From PVC group bacterium (GTDB lineage Bacteria; Auribacterota; Erginobacteria; Erginobacterales; Erginobacteraceae): DNA of 53,073 nt. Shown here piece after piece: positions 48,319-53,073 of the stretch. A program made the position numbers and the translations under genes. Each line of letters opens with the position of its first letter. Within the stretch, counting starts at the first letter, position 1. The stretch covers positions 1 to 53,073 of the forward strand of contig JAZDIV010000046.1 in assembly GCA_043804695.1 (NCBI GenBank), read 5' to 3'. The notes below the pieces were generated by a model. It ran no database searches. It was not told the DNA's origin and saw nothing but the letters and a program-made list of their open reading frames with translations.

Positions 48319-48715
48319 TGTTGACCAGAGTTGACAAAAACGCCAGATTGCCAACCTACGTTGAAAGTTCTGATCTTCGGATAAAAATGTAGGACAAAAA
48401 CGTCCAATCTATATTCCTTTGGGGAGCAAGGAGTAATGCCAGACACAGGAGCATAAAATGGAATTGTGCATTCTTGGCATGGTTTTTGCATAAAGATTAA
48501 GATGATTTCGTCCATATATGTACCTAAGAATGGAGAGAAGCTTGACTATTTATAAGGGAACCAGGGGAACTTCCCATAACTAAGTCACCAGGTTGTTCAA
48601 CATAAAGGAGGTGCTTCATGAAGCACATGGGCTATAGCTTGAGATTAATTTTTTCCCTGATGTTGGCGGGGATAACTCTTTTCTTCTTCAGCCAAACGAC
48701 TTTGGCCGTTGATAC
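48149..48715 (+). repeat. Promoter plus signal-peptide cassette, copy 2
   Basis: Highly similar to 44042-44599. Confidence 0.95.
48475..48490 (+). promoter_or_regulatory. Sigma-54 promoter
   Basis: TGGCATG-GTTT-TTGCA. Confidence 0.78.
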
Positions 48716-51578
48716 AGGAGATTCTATAATAGAAGGCCTTTTCTTTTACAGTTGCGGGAAGAAAGTGGAGCTCAGCTTCTCGACGGAGGCCATAGCGGTG
48801 AAGTTTTACGACTCTGTCCCTCTCCGCAGCAGGCAGGCGATTCTCAGTCGCATGGGGGGGACGGCTTATGTGTCCGGCAGGAAGGAAAAGCCGGTCCGCG
48901 GCAGGGTGGAGAGGCTCAGGCTCAAGGAGGGGATATCCGTAAATTCATGTCTCCAGGCGCTCAGGACGCTCAACGCACTGCCGGAGGTTGAATACGCCAC
49001 GCCGCTTCTAATCCCCGTTGGGTCCGAAAAACCCATAACCCTTACAAATGAGTTTATCGCCAGGTTTAAGGCGAAAACCCGCGCATCCGAGATTGAGGAG
49101 ATAAATGCCGCGAACAGAGTAAAGATTGTCAGGGAGTATCCCCATAATCAGTATCTGCTAAGCGTAAATATCAGATCCGGATTGGAGTCGTTATACACGG
49201 CAAATGAATACTGCATTCATGGAAAAGTTAACTGGGCTGAGCCAAACTATATTCCCGCTGTTGTATACCATTACGACCCCGTTGATGAATATTTCGACGA
49301 GCAATGGCACTTGAAAAACACGGGCCAGGGGGGCGGTACGCCGGGTGTAGACATCAATGCCGATGCTGCCTGGGACGTGACTGCCGGCAGCAGCGGTATC
49401 GTCGTAGCCGTATTTGATGAAGGGATAGAGATAGACCACGAGGACCTGGCGGCGAATGTGGCTGGCGGGAAGAATTTTGGTGCGGGTGACGCGAATGATC
49501 CCCGGCCGCAACCGGGCAATCCCATAGACGGAATCCATACGGAAATTCATGGAACCCCATGCGCCGGCTTAGCGGTGGCGGTCAGCGACAATGTTTATGG
49601 AGTTGCCGGTGTGGCGTATGGTTGTCGCCTTCTAGCCTTGAGAAAGGACGGATCATCCACTAATCAGGACCTTGCTGACGGTTTTACTTATGCAGCCGCA
49701 AATGCCGATGTTATGAGCAACAGCTGGGGAATGGTAGCTAGCACTGTGCCTCAGGTTATAGTGAATGCAATTAATTCTGCCGCGACTAATGGGAGAGGCG
49801 GTAAGGGCCTTCCAATCTTCTTTTCGGTTGGTAACGAGAACGTGGACCTTGATGGTCTAAAGCTCCTTGTTTCGCTTGATTCCGTCATTTCAGTAGGAGC
49901 TTGTGACTACTTGAACGAAAGGGCCAGCTACAGCAATTACTGTTCTTTTCTGGATATCGTCGCCCCCAGCAGCGGGCAAAGCGGAAATTCCAATAAAATC
50001 ACCACCACCGATTGCATAGCCCCTAACGGCTATAACGGAAGTGGTGATTACTGCCACGCCGACAAATCCAACGGTTTTGGAGGTACCTCAGCCGCATGCC
50101 CTCAGGTGGCCGGCGTGGCGGCGCTTATCCTTTCTCAAAATCCGAATCTTACCGCGCAGGAGGTAAAGAATATCATATGCAACTCCTGCGATTATATCTC
50201 TGACCCTGAGGGAGATGGTTCAAACTACAATAACGGTAACCTTCATCCCTGGAACAGGTATAGCGGTTATGGGCGCATCAACGCATACAAGGCAGTAGCC
50301 CATATGGATACTTCTGCTCCAAGCCCGAAAGATACCGATGGGGATGGGGTAGAGGATTGGCAGGAGATAGAGGATGGAACAGATCCGCTTGATCAGTACA
50401 GCGTTGATAGTGATCACGACGGCTGGAGCAATTGGGAAGAGAACTGGTATGGATCGGACCCGGATGACCCGATGAACTGGCCGGAAGATCCATCAGAGTT
50501 CGATATCGGAGTAGAGGACGATGGCTCCGACAGCGATGGTGATGGGATAACGGACTATGATGAGGTGCACAACACGCACACCAATCCGCGCAACGCTGAT
50601 ACCGATGGAGATGGGGCGGAGGATGGGCAGGAGATCCAGTGTGACACAGATCCGCTTGATTCGACCAATTATGATAGTGATTGCGACGGCTGGAGCGATT
50701 GGATGGAGAACTGGTATGGATCGGACCCGGACGACCCGATGGACTGGCCGGAGGAGCCGTATGAGTTTGGAATAGGGGAATACGACGATGGCTCCGACAG
50801 CGATGGCGATAAGATCTCGGACTATGATGAGGTGCACAACACGCTTACCAATCCGCTCAACGCTGATACCGATGGAGATGGGGCGGAGGATGGGCAGGAG
50901 ATCCAGTATGGCACAGATCCGCTTGATCCGGCCGATGGTGATAGTGATCACGACGGCTGGAGCAATTTTATGGAGAACTTGTGTGGATCGGACCCGAACA
51001 ACCCGATGGACTGGCCGGAAGATCCATCCGAGTTCGATATCGGAGTAGAGGACGATGGGACCGACAGCGATGGTGACGGGATCACGGACTATGACGAGGT
51101 GCACAACACGCTTACTAATCCGCTCAACGCGGATACAGAAGGAGACGGGCTAAATGACGGAGTGGAGTTACAACTGAACACCGATCCCCTCAAGCCCGAC
51201 ACGGACAGTGATGGATTAAATGATTATCAAGAATGCCAGGGGGGTACCGATCCCCTTAATCCTGATACCGATGGTGATGGTTTGAACGACGGTGATGAAA
51301 TGGCTACAAGGACCGATCCGAATGACGCTGATTCAGATAATGACGGCTATACCGATGGAGTGGAAGTGGCTGCCGGCAGCAACCCGAATAGCGCCGGTAG
51401 TGTTCCGAGCAGTGGTGCGAGTGGCGATGAAGACCTGGATAGCGACGGCATCCCGGACAATCCGGCAGATGAAGCTTCGAGCTCATCAACCAATAACAAG
51501 ACCCTGAAAGCCAAACCTAAGCTGGAACTGAAAGCAAAAGCAACTTCCAAACCAACGGCCAAGCCTGCGCGGCGCTGA
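48618..51578 (+). CDS. Secreted S8 subtilase with prodomain and C-terminal TSP3-like acidic repeats
   Basis: Signal peptide; triad VAVFDEG, HGTPCAG, GGTSAACP; oxyanion SVGN; GYGRINA; D.DGDG repeats. Confidence 0.92.
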   Translation: MKHMGYSLRLIFSLMLAGITLFFFSQTTLAVDTGDSIIEGLFFYSCGKKVELSFSTEAIAVKFYDSVPLRSRQAILSRMGGTAYVSGRKEKPVRGRVERLRLKEGISVNSCLQALRTLNALPEVEYATPLLIPVGSEKPITLTNEFIARFKAKTRASEIEEINAANRVKIVREYPHNQYLLSVNIRSGLESLYTANEYCIHGKVNWAEPNYIPAVVYHYDPVDEYFDEQWHLKNTGQGGGTPGVDINADAAWDVTAGSSGIVVAVFDEGIEIDHEDLAANVAGGKNFGAGDANDPRPQPGNPIDGIHTEIHGTPCAGLAVAVSDNVYGVAGVAYGCRLLALRKDGSSTNQDLADGFTYAAANADVMSNSWGMVASTVPQVIVNAINSAATNGRGGKGLPIFFSVGNENVDLDGLKLLVSLDSVISVGACDYLNERASYSNYCSFLDIVAPSSGQSGNSNKITTTDCIAPNGYNGSGDYCHADKSNGFGGTSAACPQVAGVAALILSQNPNLTAQEVKNIICNSCDYISDPEGDGSNYNNGNLHPWNRYSGYGRINAYKAVAHMDTSAPSPKDTDGDGVEDWQEIEDGTDPLDQYSVDSDHDGWSNWEENWYGSDPDDPMNWPEDPSEFDIGVEDDGSDSDGDGITDYDEVHNTHTNPRNADTDGDGAEDGQEIQCDTDPLDSTNYDSDCDGWSDWMENWYGSDPDDPMDWPEEPYEFGIGEYDDGSDSDGDKISDYDEVHNTLTNPLNADTDGDGAEDGQEIQYGTDPLDPADGDSDHDGWSNFMENLCGSDPNNPMDWPEDPSEFDIGVEDDGTDSDGDGITDYDEVHNTLTNPLNADTEGDGLNDGVELQLNTDPLKPDTDSDGLNDYQECQGGTDPLNPDTDGDGLNDGDEMATRTDPNDADSDNDGYTDGVEVAAGSNPNSAGSVPSSGASGDEDLDSDGIPDNPADEASSSSTNNKTLKAKPKLELKAKATSKPTAKPARR
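50331..51131 (+). repeat. Intragenic tandem repeat, 3 x 267 bp (89 aa)
   Basis: Units start at 50331, 50598 and 50865 (DTDGDG.ED.QEI...DEVHNT.TNP.NA). Confidence 0.93.
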
Positions 51579-52454
51579 GCAAAATCGCGCAGCAGGAAGC
51601 CGCGGCGAAGCCGGCGCAGACGCCAGCCTGAAGGCCAAACCGGTAGCCAATAAGAAGGCAGTAAAAACCAACATAAAGGCAAAATCTAAAACCAAGTAAA
51701 ATGGCCACGCCGATAATAATCAAACCGAAAGCCAAGTAGAAGGCAAAAGCTAGACGGAAAGTGAAACGCTAAGACCGAGAAGATGATTTACTGTGAGGTT
51801 AACGGCGTGTTGCTCAAAAGCGATATTCCACACTAATAAGCAAGTATCAGGTGATTTATCCTGATATCACTTCACGAAAAGCTATAAATCCTCTGAAAAC
51901 CGAAAAATCTATTTAAAAACGTAATACTAAATAATAATAAGTTACAACTACACCGCGCCCAAAAATATCAAAAAATTATGGACAGAACATCAACAGGAAG
52001 CGGAGCCGCATTGCCGGGGATAAATTAACCAGACAGGATGGGTTTACATGGCGAAGATTATTTTCAACCCTTCACTGATCATTCCCCTTGAGTTCCGAAG
52101 ACTACCACTGATTTCTGCTAATAATGGTAGTTGTTTGGATACTGTAAAAAAGCTTCGGTTCCCATCGGCTTGATCCCCCATTGCTTTTTTGGATTTACCG
52201 TATTCAAAAAACATTTTTCTACCCTCCCAATTTAATATCCAAAGAATTCCGACCCGTGACCTTCTCGCCGGGCATCCGGGGAAAACACCTCTTTTCTGAC
52301 GTATTCAAGCAACCATGGTTTGCATTTGTAAACCAGAGTTGTCGAAGATTGAGTATTTTCCAGTACTCAAACTGAAGCTGCGAATCACCTTTGTAATTTT
52401 TATTTACTTGGCTGACAAGTGGTTGTGAAAATACGCTTGATAAAAATAACAACT

Positions 52455-52470
52455 TGGCACGGCAATTGCT
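52455..52470 (+). promoter_or_regulatory. Sigma-54 promoter
   Basis: TGGCACG-GCAA-TTGCT, a full consensus match. Confidence 0.85.
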
Positions 52471-52590
52471 TATATACATACACATGACGAGAGAATTTTC
52501 GATCTTCCCTGAGAAGAAGAGAGAAAACAGTTCAAAACAGAAGGCCGGGAGCGACGGAGGCCGAAAAGCTATTTAATAAGGAGGATTAAG

Positions 52591-53073
52591 ATGAAAAAGT
52601 TTTTAAGGATTAATTTGCCGGTCAGCGCGGGTTTTGCTGCTTTTTTTGTTTTCTTTTCCATCGGGACAACGGATTTATATGCCCAGGAGGAAGAATTATC
52701 TTGGCCCTTGCAAAAAATGGAAGCTCGGGGCGCCTGGGCCATCGAAGAGGGGAACGATAATGTGGTTGTGGCTGTTATTGATTCAGGTATTGACAACTAT
52801 CAGGAAACTCTTTTGGGTCATATTTTTACTCCCGGGAAGGATTTCATCAACAACGACAATGATCCAGCGCCCTGGGATTATAACTATACCAGTGTATCTT
52901 GTGATTTTCCATATTTACCGGATAACTACACCGCGGAACAGTTCTTAATGTGGAAAATGTTTTCACATGGAACTGCTATGAGCAGTGTAGTAGTAGGTCA
53001 AGGCAGCGAATATACATATAAAGGTTTGGCCCATGGTTGCAAAGTAATGGGTATTCGGATAGGTGATGAGAGT
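52591..53073 (+). CDS. Secreted S8 subtilase, 5' part (runs off the window, absent from the ORF track)
   Basis: AAGGAGG RBS; MKKFLRINLPVSAGFAAFFVFFSIGTTDLYA signal, then W.LQKM...AW...VVVAVIDSGID...HGTAMSS...GLAHGCKVM. Confidence 0.9.
   Translation, partial: MKKFLRINLPVSAGFAAFFVFFSIGTTDLYAQEEELSWPLQKMEARGAWAIEEGNDNVVVAVIDSGIDNYQETLLGHIFTPGKDFINNDNDPAPWDYNYTSVSCDFPYLPDNYTAEQFLMWKMFSHGTAMSSVVVGQGSEYTYKGLAHGCKVMGIRIGDES

Noticed and set aside
50331..51131. CRISPR array or DGR template/variable repeats
   Set aside because: In-frame coding repeats; differences are not adenine-specific and there is no reverse transcriptase in the window.
52044..52214. 56-aa minus-strand ORF with GGAGG RBS (MFFEYGKSKK...)
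   Set aside because: No recognisable motif; cannot be distinguished from chance or a gene relic.

Overview
A 53-kb bacterial chromosomal window with no rRNA, CRISPR or prophage. A GC-rich core (about 4.6-38.4 kb) carries an AddA-like helicase-nuclease, a GH27 glycosidase, pgi, a secreted beta-helix protein, a PfkB kinase, a complete trp operon (trpE-trpGD-[CAP/FG-GAP]-trpC-trpF-[four-helix bundle]-trpB-trpA) with leader peptide and attenuator, tRNA-Ala(GGC), a MEMO1-AMMECR1 fusion, nfo, leuS, a comEA-like gene and an M50 protease. Both flanks are visibly AT-richer. The left flank has an IS end cutting an Hsp70-like gene, TPR-LysM and FHA genes, a HEPN-like gene and a toxin-antitoxin pair. The right flank has a PAS kinase/receiver cascade, a MITE-interrupted group IIC intron relic, IS91-like relics and three secreted protease genes, each behind a sigma-54 promoter; two of them share a duplicated ~560-bp promoter plus signal-peptide cassette. 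The best candidate for an undescribed system is the coupled operon at 15735-20758: MinD/ParA-like ATPase, ECF S-component-HAMP sensor without an output enzyme, a large protein with a divergent S-adenosylhomocysteine-hydrolase fold, and a cupin lipoprotein. Intergenic DNA is rich in REPs, MITEs, perfect palindromes and 7-9-mer repeats. All family calls come from motif recognition by eye; no searches were run.
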